NCBI RefSeq assembly: GCF_006345805.1 | Contig: NW_021833067.1 | Span: forward strand, 20,441-84,440 | Direction: 5' to 3' | From: Octopus sinensis | Lineage: Eukaryota | Length of the DNA stretch: 64,000 nucleotides | Shown here: in pieces, positions 53,630 to 64,000 of the stretch | Layout: each line of letters starts with the position of its first letter | How positions within the stretch are numbered: position 1 is the stretch's first letter | Position numbers and translations under genes: made by a program | Notes under the pieces: generated by a model | What the model was told of the DNA's origin: nothing | Seen by the model: the letters and a program-made list of their open reading frames with translations, nothing else | The model's database searches: none

Positions 53630-53805
53630 AGGCGCAGGAGTGGCTGTGTGGTAAGTAGCTTGCTAACCAACCACATGGTTCCGGGTTCAGTCCCACTGCG
53701 TGGCATCTTGGGGAAGTGTCTTCTGCTATAGCCCCGGGCCGACCAATGCCTTGTGAGTGGATTTGGTAGACGGAAACTGAAAGAAGCCTGTCGTATATAT
53801 GTATA

Positions 53806-53867
<62 letters not shown>

Positions 53868-54085
53868 TATATATGTATGTATGTGTGTGTATATGTTTGT
53901 GTGTCTGTGTTTGTCCCTCTAGCATTGCTTGACAACCGGTGCTGGTGTGTTTACGTCCCCGTCACTTAGCGGTTCGGCAAAAGAGACCGATAGAATAAGT
54001 ACTGGGCTTACAAAGAATAAGTCCCGGGGTCGATTGCTCGACCAAGGCGGTGCTCCAGCATGGCCGCAGTCAAATGGCTGAAACT
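53630..54085 (+). mobile_element. SINE family A
   Basis: Near full-length match. Confidence 0.85.
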
Positions 54086-54475
54086 GGTCAAGTATAGTTA
54101 GTCTTATTACTATCCGTTAAAACACAATATCCCAAACTTTTCTGCCTCGAGGCACCGCTGCCAAGCCTTTCAGAAATCCGTGGCACCCCTATTAGAAAGA
54201 TCTAATATGACAGTTGTTTTTTGATTCAACATCTATATAACAAGACTTTGTCTGTGGATAATAACATCTGTGTAAGAAAACTATGTCACTGGAATTGATA
54301 ATAATTTTTTTTTCTTTATTTCACCAATGTTGATGTAATAAGCATAAAATGGATGAGAATACAGAAATGTAATAGACAACAATACGAAATATAAGATGGC
54401 AATAATATTCATTGTTAAAATAATATGAAAAGGTGTTTTTGACTCTAAATGATCAATCATGATACAACATACGTA

Positions 54476-54815
54476 TTACTCTTTTACTTGTTTAAGTCAT
54501 TTGACTGTGGCCATGCTGGAGTACAGCCTTTAGTCGAGCAAATCGCCCCCAGGACTTATACTCTATAAGCCAGCATCGGTTGGCACGCGAAGTTGGGGGA
54601 ACAAACAGACACACAAACATATACCCACACATACATATATGTATACATATATACACGACGGGCTTCTTTCAGTTTCCATCTACCAAATCCACTCACAAGG
54701 CTTCAATTGGCTCAAGGCTATAGTAGAAGACACTTGCCCAAGGTGCCGCTCAGTGGGACAGAACCCGGAACCATGTGGTTGGTAAACAAGCTACTTACCA
54801 CACAGCCACTCCTAC
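54476..54815 (-). mobile_element. SINE family A with internal deletion
   Basis: Match lacking the central segment. Confidence 0.8.
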
Positions 54816-54830
54816 ATCTATATATATTTT

Positions 54831-55016
54831 TATTTCTTTATTGCCCACAGGGGTCTAAATTTAGAGGGGACAAACAAGGACGGACAAAGGGATTAAGTCG
54901 ATTACTTCGACCCCAGTGCGTAACTGGTACTTATTCAATCGACCCCGAAAGGATGAAAGGCAAAGTCGACCTCGACGGAATTTGAACTCAGAACGTAACG
55001 GTAGACGAAATACCGC
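54831..55016 (-). mobile_element. SINE family B, 5'-truncated in the head hairpin loop
   Basis: Similarity stops at GAAATACCGC. Confidence 0.8.
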
Positions 55017-55193
55017 ATTCTGCATAATCTTCAGTGATCACGAAGAGAAAAAGTTGCAGTATGTCTTCCTGGGGCACTCTGGTTTTGACGTCAAGGCAAA
55101 ATTTTGATGTGACAATTTTGTGGTCACTACTTACTCCTTAAAAGATACTGTAAAACTGTGTTTAAGGTGCTATTCGCACATTTCTTGTTGACT

Positions 55194-55383
55194 AGAAATA
55201 GGTATTTCGTCTGCCGTTACGTTGTGAGTTCAAATTCCACCGACATCGACTTTGCCTTTCACCCTTTCGGGGTAGATTAAATAAGTACCAGTTACGCACT
55301 GGGGTCGATGAAATCGACTTAATCCGTTTGTCTGTCCTTGTTTGTCCCCTCTAAGTTTAGCACCCATGGGCAATAAAAAAATA
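55194..55383 (+). mobile_element. SINE family B, headless body preceded by tail-like AGAAATA
   Basis: AGAAATA|GGTATTTCGTCTGCC... Confidence 0.8.
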
Positions 55384-56261
55384 ATAATTTTTTTTTATCG
55401 AAATAGCTAAACAAATGTTGATTATGATCAAAGGGAAATAACTCATCTAGAACTTTTTAAAATTATCTCCCTTATATTGATTATTTGCTTGACAAAAATT
55501 TATGCGTATTGGCATGTTTTTCATTTGTGTGTGTGCGTGTTTGTATGTGTGTGTGTGTGTGTTTACTGGTTGAAAGAGTGAGTTGACCATTTTCCCGTCG
55601 GATCAAAAGACAACTTAGCAATTCCATAAATGCAAAATCGTGAATTAAATATCCGACTGAATTAAATACGAGTGATTAAAGTGATGCCCCAGCATGGCCG
55701 TAGTCCAAAGACTGAGAAAAATAAGAATAAAAGAACAGAAGATGTTTTCAACTGAGAAAATCGAAATTACGAAATGGGACAAAGCAGAATGCTGAGTCAC
55801 GCATGGATTGTCTGCCTTATTTTCAGGGGAGATAACCTCTAAACACACCTAACCTTTCATTGTTCCAATTTCCTTGACTGGTTCGATTCTCGCAGTAAGA
55901 AATCGTGGGGTAGAAATTTCATATAGTTTAGAGTCGATATGTTTTTTTTTTTGCTTTTTTTTTTTATAAATGAAATTGGATAGAAGGGAAACGGTAAGGA
56001 AACCCTACTGAATGGTCTATCAGTGATTCAAAAAACACTGCTTTGTCGCACTCGCTGATTCTACCTGAGGTTACGCACGTCTCTAGAATACTCTCTCTCT
56101 CTCTCTCTGTCTATATGTGTGTGTGTGTGTGTACGCAGGCACGGCTATGGGCTCGGGTTCGGTTTCGCTGAACGGTATTTTGGGCGAGCGCACGCGCACA
56201 CACACACACACACACACACACATTCATATCGAACCATCTTCTTACAGTTTGTGACTACGAA

Positions 56262-56292
<31 letters not shown>

Positions 56293-56362
56293 ACCCACAC
56301 ATATATATGTATGTGTGCATGTATGTATATACATATATATACATGCATACATACATACATAC

Positions 56363-56423
<61 letters not shown>

Positions 56424-56844
56424 TGTCATACAATGATCCCCTCATTCTATGCAATGATGATCTCCGTGTCCCCCGAGGGATCCCTGTCGTCTCCTGCCTA
56501 ATTGTATCCGAGTGTCATAATGTCCAATACAACCCCAGCGCTGTTTCACTGTCCAAAAGTGCATTCTTAATCAAGACGCGGACACAAGATGACCAAACAA
56601 CGCGTGATGAAGTTGCTTTGTGGTCATCTTCTTGCCCTGGCTGACCACTGAAATCATTTATGGTCATCTCCTGTAGAGAGCCGTCTTCTAGACTTTTCTG
56701 TTTAGAGAGAATTTGTTAGTGAAAGCATGGTGGTAGTGGCGGTGGTGGTGGTGGTGGGAGTGATTGTTGGAGTTTTGCTTCGTCAGAAGTTCTATTGTTG
56801 GGTCACACAGAACCTGATCATACCCTACGCCCACGGAAGTATAA

Positions 56845-56889
56845 CAGATATAATATATATTATATATATATGTTATATATATATATTAT

Positions 56890-56925
<36 letters not shown>

Positions 56926-57120
56926 TTATATGTATATATATATGTATTATATATATATTATATATGTGGGTTGTGTATGTATATATATATATAATATATA
57001 TATATATGTTTTATTTATATAGGTATAATATATATATATAATATTATATATAATATAATATATATATATATATATATATTAATATATATATATATATTGT
57101 GTGTGTATATATGTTTTATA

Positions 57121-57157
<37 letters not shown>

Positions 57158-57200
57158 ATATCTATATAGATATATATATATACATATGTATGTATGTGTG
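56845..57200. repeat. Degenerate (TA)n tract
   Basis: Direct inspection. Confidence 0.9.
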
Positions 57201-57551
57201 TCGTTGAAGGCCTTTCGTGGTATTCTTCCGCAGGTAGACAATTCGTCAGTCGATACTAAAGAGTTCTCTTGTGTCAGGCACCGAACTCGTATTTAATTCC
57301 GGGGTAAATAGCAATATGCGCACACCGGATATGATTACACGTATATCAACGCATAAACACACACATACACACACACATACACACACACGTATACGCACAC
57401 AAACGCATATACGCATACACACGTACAGGCACACGTGCTAAAAATCAAACATACACAACACACACACACACACACACACACATACGATCAAAGACACACA
57501 TTCTCACGCAGGCGCTCGCACACTACTCGCATGGTCCCATGCAAACATCTG

Positions 57552-57593
<42 letters not shown>

Positions 57594-57688
57594 TCCTGTG
57601 TTAATTAAACAAGATTCCATGAGAATATGCTGAACTTCCACAAAGTTGAAATGAATTACAATGAAATTTTACAAAATTTATTTTATTT

Positions 57689-58083
57689 AGGCGCAGGCGT
57701 GGCTGTGTGGTAAGTAGCTTGCTTACCAACCACATGGTTCTGGGTTCAGTCCCACCACTGCGTGGCATCTTTGGGCAAGTGTCTTCTGCTATAGCCCCGG
57801 GCCGGACCAATGCCTGTGAGTGGATTTGGTAGACGGAAACTGAAAGAAGCCTGTTATATATGTATATATTATGTGTGTGGCGTTTGTGTCTGTGTTTGTC
57901 TCCCTAGCATTGCTTGACAACTGATGCTGGTGTGTTTACGTCCCCGTCACTTAGCGGTTCGGCAAAAGAGACCGATAGAATAAGTACTGGACTTACAAAG
58001 AATAAGTCCCGGGGTTGATTTGCTCGAGTAAAGGCGGTGTTCCAGCATGGCCGCAGTCAAATGACTGAAACAAGTAAAAGAGA
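57689..58083 (+). mobile_element. SINE family A
   Basis: Full-length match. Confidence 0.85.
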
Positions 58084-58758
58084 GTTACCCCAAAATTAGT
58101 GTCCATCAATGGTTTCATGAATCAATTATGCATTACATCTAATATATTATGATTTCTATACAAACAAATTACTATGCTATACGATTTCTATATGAATGAA
58201 TTATTATTGTTATTATAATTCATTTTTTCCGACTCTTTACGTTCTGGTTTCAAACGCCATCAAGGTCGACTTTGCCTTTCATCCTTTCAGGATCGATACC
58301 AGCTGAACTCTAGCGTTGATGTTATCGACTTACCCCTCCCCTCAAAATTGCCGGCCTTGTGCTAAAATTTGAAACCATTATTATTGTTGTTGTTTTTGCT
58401 GTTTCTATTGTTGCGTTTGCTGTTGTTGTTGTTGTTTCACCGACTGATTTTTTCTTGGAGTGTTCTTGCTTTTATACTATCCAGAAGGAAAGATATATCA
58501 TGGAGTACAATAGATTTAGTTGGTGGTCTTATCTTTATTCTAGCTTTTGGTAGAAGAGGTTAGAAAGGGTCAAGTGGTGAAGATGTTATTTCGGCCTAGC
58601 TAAAGGCATCTGGAAAATGCAAACCGCTGTTAGAGATAAACCATTGTTCCACCGTGGGAAAAGTTCTGTTGCAGTGTTAATTTAAATTCGGCTATGGTGG
58701 ATCGAATCCACTTCATGCATGCAAGATCTACTACATACTCTATAACACCTTATACAAC

Positions 58759-59030
58759 GGCGCGTGGCCAATGGTTAGGGTGTTGCACTCACAATGGCAG
58801 GATCGCGGTTTCGATCCCCACACCGACGGTGTTTTGTGTTCTTGAGCAAAACACTTCATTTCACGTTACTCCTGTCCACTCAGGATAACCTTGCGATGGA
58901 CTGACGTTCCGTTCAAGCGGAATGTTTGCCTCCCCACCTAACCTATGGGGAGGCACCATTCGAAAGCTACAACAATGCGGAAGCGCATTGTGCCCAGCGG
59001 TGTATCACAACATCCGATAGTCTGGTCGAT
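58759..59030 (+). mobile_element. tRNA-derived SINE with V-domain-like core
   Basis: A/B boxes; CCTTGCGATGGACTGACGT resembles the V-SINE core (from memory). Confidence 0.6.
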
Positions 59031-59124
59031 ACACCGATAAAGCCTCTATAATAATATTATACACTGTATTATCTTTATATGACATAATAAGGCCTTTATA
59101 TTGGTAAATCGTGATATATTTATA

Positions 59125-59530
59125 ATCCTTTCTACTAAAGGCACAAGGCCTGAAATTTGGGGGGAAGGGCCTAGTCGAATACATTGATTTCAATGTTTCA
59201 CTTATACTTATTTTATCGATGCCGAAAGGATGAAAGGTAAAGTCGACCTCGGTGGAATTTGAACTCAGAACGCAGCGACGGGCGAAATACCTATTTCTAT
59301 TTCTTTACTACCCACAAGGGGCTAAACACAGAGAGGACAAACAAGGACAGACAAACGGGTTAAGTCATTTACGTCGACCCCCAGTGCATAACTGGTACTT
59401 AATTTATCGACCCCGAAAAGATGAAAGGCAAAGTCGACCTCGGCGGAATGTGAACTCAGAACGTAACGGCAGACGAAATACCGCTAAGCATCTCGCCCGG
59501 CGTGCTAATGTTTCTGCCAGCTCGCCGCCT
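59125..59530 (-). mobile_element. SINE family B heterodimer
   Basis: Full copy 59292-59530 joined at GAAATACC|TATTTC to a body with a different tail. Confidence 0.8.
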
Positions 59531-60175
59531 TAAATAATATAATTATAATACATTATCATAAATTGTAATTCTAAGTAATTCTAATTATAATAGAGTTATG
59601 TCCCTTGCTCGGTTCCCATCTCACCCTGTCCTCCTTCTCCTCTTTCTCCTCCCACTTCTTCCCTACGGTTCTAACGCGAGGTTGGAATGACATCAAAGTC
59701 CAATAATGGTTAATAATGTATACATACATACATACATATATGTATATATATATACATACAACAATTTAACGAGATAAATAATTTAACAAGATCCTTTATC
59801 TAGGAGGTGGGGAGGTGGGGGTGGAGGAGAGTGAAGTGTTCTTGTGGAGGATAAACAAATACTTCTCTCTCTTTCTCTCCCTTTCTATCCTCCACTGGAG
59901 TCTAGCCATCGATCTATCTCCGCTCCATCTTACCACGCACAGCCGTTATCGATACAACAACCCTAATCCCCGCCGCCTCCTCATCATAACACCACCCCCA
60001 CCACTACAGCAGGGGACGGGTTTTATGAAACATGACATACACACACATACACCACTACCACCACTCGCCTCTACCTGACACCTCGTCTCCCCACTACTCC
60101 ACCACCACCACCACCACAGCACCACAACCTCCACCACAACTACGCCTCCCCAAGTTCTCTCTTTTTCTATCGCTG

Positions 60176-60221
<46 letters not shown>

Positions 60222-60376
60222 CCTCTCTCCCTAAGTACCCGGTCGCAGCATAATACTTCCGTACTGCCTATGGACCCCTTTCATTCCTCTTTTACTCAAG
60301 CGGATCCCTATGGCCATTCCATGTTTAAAAAAATAATTTTCTCTTGTTAAGGGCTTTAAAACCCGAAATATCATAA

Positions 60377-60770
60377 TCTATATATATAAAGCTGAAGTTG
60401 TCTGTGTGGTGTGGCAGGTTTGGTAGCCTTCAACTAACACTATCTCCTCCGAGACTCTGCGGCGCAAGTTGACCAAAATTGAGAGTATGATAAAAGAAGG
60501 CTTGCTCCTCCTTCTGTAGAAGAAAACATCCAAATCGGACCATGTTAACACCAAAATTATTTACATCAAAAAGGTGCTTTTTTTTTTAATGAAAATCCCT
60601 ATTTTTTACGATTTTTTTACTGCTGTGTCGCCATTTTTCGGTGTATTTCAACCAGAAAAATGTTCACTTAAAGAGAATAACAAGCTACATAATGCAAAAG
60701 TTTTACTTTTCAAAAATTCCAATTCTAAAGGGTCGAAACAAACCCGAGCAACGCCGGGCGATACTGCTAG
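60377..60770 (+). mobile_element. Non-autonomous Helitron-type element, family 2 (second isolated 3' end at 60896-60966)
   Basis: A|TC...hairpin...CTAG|T. Confidence 0.85.
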
Positions 60771-61112
60771 TAGTAAATAATCTTAATCTCAGATTTATAG
60801 AAATAAGGAAATGTGTTTGATGTTCTTTGGGTTTCACTCACTGGAATTCATCATCATTTAATTCATCATCATTTAACTGCATTAGTGAGATGGAATTTTT
60901 ACTTTTCAAAATTTCCAATTCTAAAGGGTCGAAACAAACCCGAACAACGCCGGGCGATACTGCTAGTAAATGTATAAAGCTTCATTTTGTTTTCATTTCT
61001 TTCATTTGAATGGTGATTTGATTGCAGAGAAAGTAGTGAGTTCTTGACATTTTTATTTAGACATTTTCTATTTGATTCCAGTATTATTGGCAGAGTCATT
61101 AAGGCCAATAAT

Positions 61113-61430
61113 CAGTGGTTCTCAACCATTTTTTTTTACCTGTGAACTCCCTTGGTCACTATTTTACTCTGGTAGACCCCACTCCCTAGCCATTCCATGG
61201 TTTGCCATAGAACTCTCTGAGAGGATATGTTTCAATGGCCAGAAATAGGGAGAACTACATAAAACATTAGACAAAGAAATTGAGCTGTGTCTTGCAATAA
61301 AGACATCGAAAGCAAAATTTTCCAAGGACTCTTAAAATAATACCGTGGACCTCCAATTTGACTTGCGTGGACACCCCAAAATCTCATATGGACCCTCAGG
61401 TATCAGATCGACACCTACTGAGAACCATTG
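61113..61430. mobile_element. Older hAT-like MITE
   Basis: CAGTGGTTCTCA / TGAGAACCATTG termini; TSD not recognisable. Confidence 0.55.
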
Positions 61431-61547
61431 CACAAGGACAACACTGTCGCAACAAATAGAAACTACCCTTCAAAACACCCGGCGGCGACAGTGGTGGTGG
61501 TGGTGGTATTTCTACAAGTCATAGTATTGTGCACGGCTGGTGATGTT

Positions 61548-61910
61548 GGCCGCCGCCTCCGCCACCACCGCCGCCGCCTCCGCCACCACCGCCGCCGTCA
61601 CCGCCGCCTCCTCCTCCGCCGTCACCGCCGCCTCCGCCGCCACCGCCGCCACTGCCGTCACCGCCACCTCCACCGTCACCGCCGCCTCCGCCGCCACTGT
61701 CGTCACCGCCGGCTCCGGCTCCGCCTCCACCGCTGCCGCCACTGCTGTCACCGCCGCCACTGCCGTCACCGCCGCCTCCGCCGCCACCGCCGTCACCGCC
61801 GTCTCCACTGCCTCCGCCGCCACCGCCGCCGCCACCTCCGCCGCCACTGCCGTCACCTCCGCCACCGCCGCCGCCACCGCCGCCGCCACCGCCGCCGCCT
61901 CCGCCGTCAG
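61548..61910. repeat. Degenerate (GCC)n triplet repeat with unbroken frame
   Basis: Triplets GCC/ACC/TCC/GTC/ACT/GCT throughout. Confidence 0.9.
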
Positions 61911-61940
61911 TGTTGTCGGTAAGAGTGTTACCTGTTACAG

Positions 61941-62497
61941 GTAAGCGTTATCGCTCTTTCCCAAAACACAGTTTTTTTGGTACTTTTAATTATCCAGACA
62001 TACATACACACGCGCACACAAACATATATATACCTATATATATATTTATACGCATGCTTGTGTTTAAGTGTGTGTGTGTGTGCGTGTGTGAATACGCATA
62101 AACACACACATATATGTTTGTGCGTACGTGTGTGTATACGTATATATATTCACACACATATCCGTATATACATATATATGTGTGTATATAAATGTATATG
62201 TGTGTGTATGCATGTATGTATGTATGTATGTGTGTGTATGTGTGTGTGTGAGTGAGTATGTGTGTGTATGTGTGTGCGTGTGTGTGTGTATGTATGTATG
62301 TGTGCGTGCGTGTGTCTATGTATGTATGTATGTATGTATGTATGTATGTGTGTGTGTGTGTGTATGTATGTGTGTGTGTGTATGTGTGTGTGTATGTGTG
62401 TGTATGTGTGTGTGCGTGTGTGTGTGTATGTATGTATGTATGTGTGTGTGTGTGTGTATGTATGTATGTGTGTGTATGTGTGTGTGTGTATGTGTGC

Positions 62498-62528
<31 letters not shown>

Positions 62529-62581
62529 CGTATCCGTGTGTATGTGTTCGCGGCTTCCTTTTCTTCTGTTCTCTATTCCAG
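61941..62581 (+). other. Putative intron of a plus-strand transcript
   Basis: CAG|GTAAGC donor; CTTCCTTTTCTTCTGTTCTCTATTCCAG| acceptor; next donor AAG|GTAGGT at 62785. Confidence 0.5.
62030..62545. repeat. (TG)/(TATG) compound microsatellite
   Basis: Direct inspection. Confidence 0.9.
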
Positions 62582-63464
62582 TCCCTGAAAGGTTAACCGG
62601 ATGTAGAAAACACCAAAAAACAACAACAAAAGAAAAAAGAATTACAAAAACACGACAATAACAAAATAAAATAAAATAGTGAAAGCAAAATCTAACAAAA
62701 TGTACCAAAAAAAAACACACAACTGATGTCAAATGACTTGAATGAAATGTTCTCAAGGAACACTTCGGTTTGAGGGTAAACAAGGTAGGTGTCGCTGCTG
62801 TTGTTATGTATTGTGTACAGTTGGAAAGTTGTGACCTGGAAAATACCAATCGACATCGAGATACTGTTGTTGTTGTTGTTGTTGTTGTTTTTTTTTATTT
62901 CAGGCAATGGCTGTCTCGGTCTTCTGTGTGTGTGTTTGTATTTGTGTATATCTGTATGTGCATAGGAGGAAGTATTAACTTTGCCTATACACACACACAT
63001 ACATACATGTATACATGTATACATGTGTGCAGTCGTACATGTATGTGCATAGCTACAAATCACATTCGCATAGTGAAACACAAACATTCGCAACTATACT
63101 GTATACGACTTCTTGGACATCTCCCTAGTCCTCAAGGCAGTAAAAGCTTAATGAGGAAACTTTATGCATGCGTAGTAACCTCGGCCACTACCTTACGTTA
63201 ATTAAAAATCTAGTAGCGGTTATTAGTAGAACAATCTCTAATTTATAGTCTGTCAGAGATATCAACATCATCGCGCATCATGAAAACAATCAATCAGGAA
63301 TAAAATTAATGAACCGAGTCAGGGTACATAAGCAACAAATCAAGGATCTCTCTGTTGTAACAACGTTCCATGTAATCGGCGTTAAGACGTCTATGCGAAT
63401 AGGAAATTCAAAATCTTGTCATACAGGAAGAAGATGAGCGAATATATCATGCAAAGAAATACTT

Positions 63465-63888
63465 TACTCTTTTTTTTTTTTTTTTTTTTTTTTACTTGTT
63501 TCAGTCATTTGACTGCGGCCATGCTGGAGCACCGCCTTTCGTCGAGCAAATCGACCCCGGTACTTATTCTTTGTAAGCCCAGTACTTATTCTCTCGGTCT
63601 CTTTTGCCGAACCGCTTAGTTACGGGGACGTAAACACACCAGCATCGGTTGTCAAGCAATGCTAGGGGAACAAACACAGACACACAAACATATTCACACA
63701 CACTTATATATATTATATACATATATACGACAGGCTTCTTTCAGTTTCCGTCTACCAATCCACTCACAAGGCATGGTCGGCCCGGGGCTATAGCAGAAGA
63801 CACTTCCCAAGATGCCACACAGTGGGACTGAACCCGGAACCATGTGGTTGGTTAGCAAGCTACTTACCAAACAGCCACTCCTGCGCCT
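63465..63888 (-). mobile_element. SINE family A
   Basis: Full-length match. Confidence 0.85.
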
Positions 63889-64000
63889 GTAAAGATTTCC
63901 AACATAAAACTAAGCTGGAAATAGTGACCACTGCTGCCTACTATAATTACTGCTGGACTGATAACAACACGGGAAATTTTGGTTCATATCATGTGTTTCA

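Noticed and set aside
61428-61922. His/Arg-rich protamine-like ORF
   Set aside because: Alternative frame of the same GCC repeat, with a TTG start that is not expected in a eukaryote.

Overview
AT-rich, microsatellite-dense eukaryotic DNA. The repeat families look like those of octopus (recognition from memory, not a database hit). The window holds one complete multi-exon gene on the minus strand: 15 coding exons from ATG 41058 to TGA 622, every splice phase consistent, 9054 nt = 3017 aa. Its architecture (signal peptide, three beta-helix+SRCR modules, C-type lectin, one TM helix, long cytoplasmic tail) is that of bark beetle/anakonda, the tricellular septate-junction organiser. The rest is largely transposon-derived: RTE, CR1-like, R4/Dong-like and other non-LTR remnants, a maT-like transposase pseudogene, Helitron-type non-autonomous elements, hAT-, piggyBac- and Merlin-like MITEs, and several tRNA-derived SINE families. 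The most unusual signals are: (1) a SINE family that repeatedly forms multimers or permuted copies through one fixed junction at a hairpin in its tRNA-like head; (2) three minimal hammerhead-ribozyme motifs in bark intron 1, one with an intact core in the pre-mRNA sense; (3) a frame-preserving Ala/Thr-rich (antifreeze-glycoprotein-like) GCC-repeat ORF in what looks like a divergently transcribed spliced RNA at the right end. Most short ORFs in the supplied track are microsatellite artefacts. Coordinates were counted by eye and repeat boundaries are approximate.
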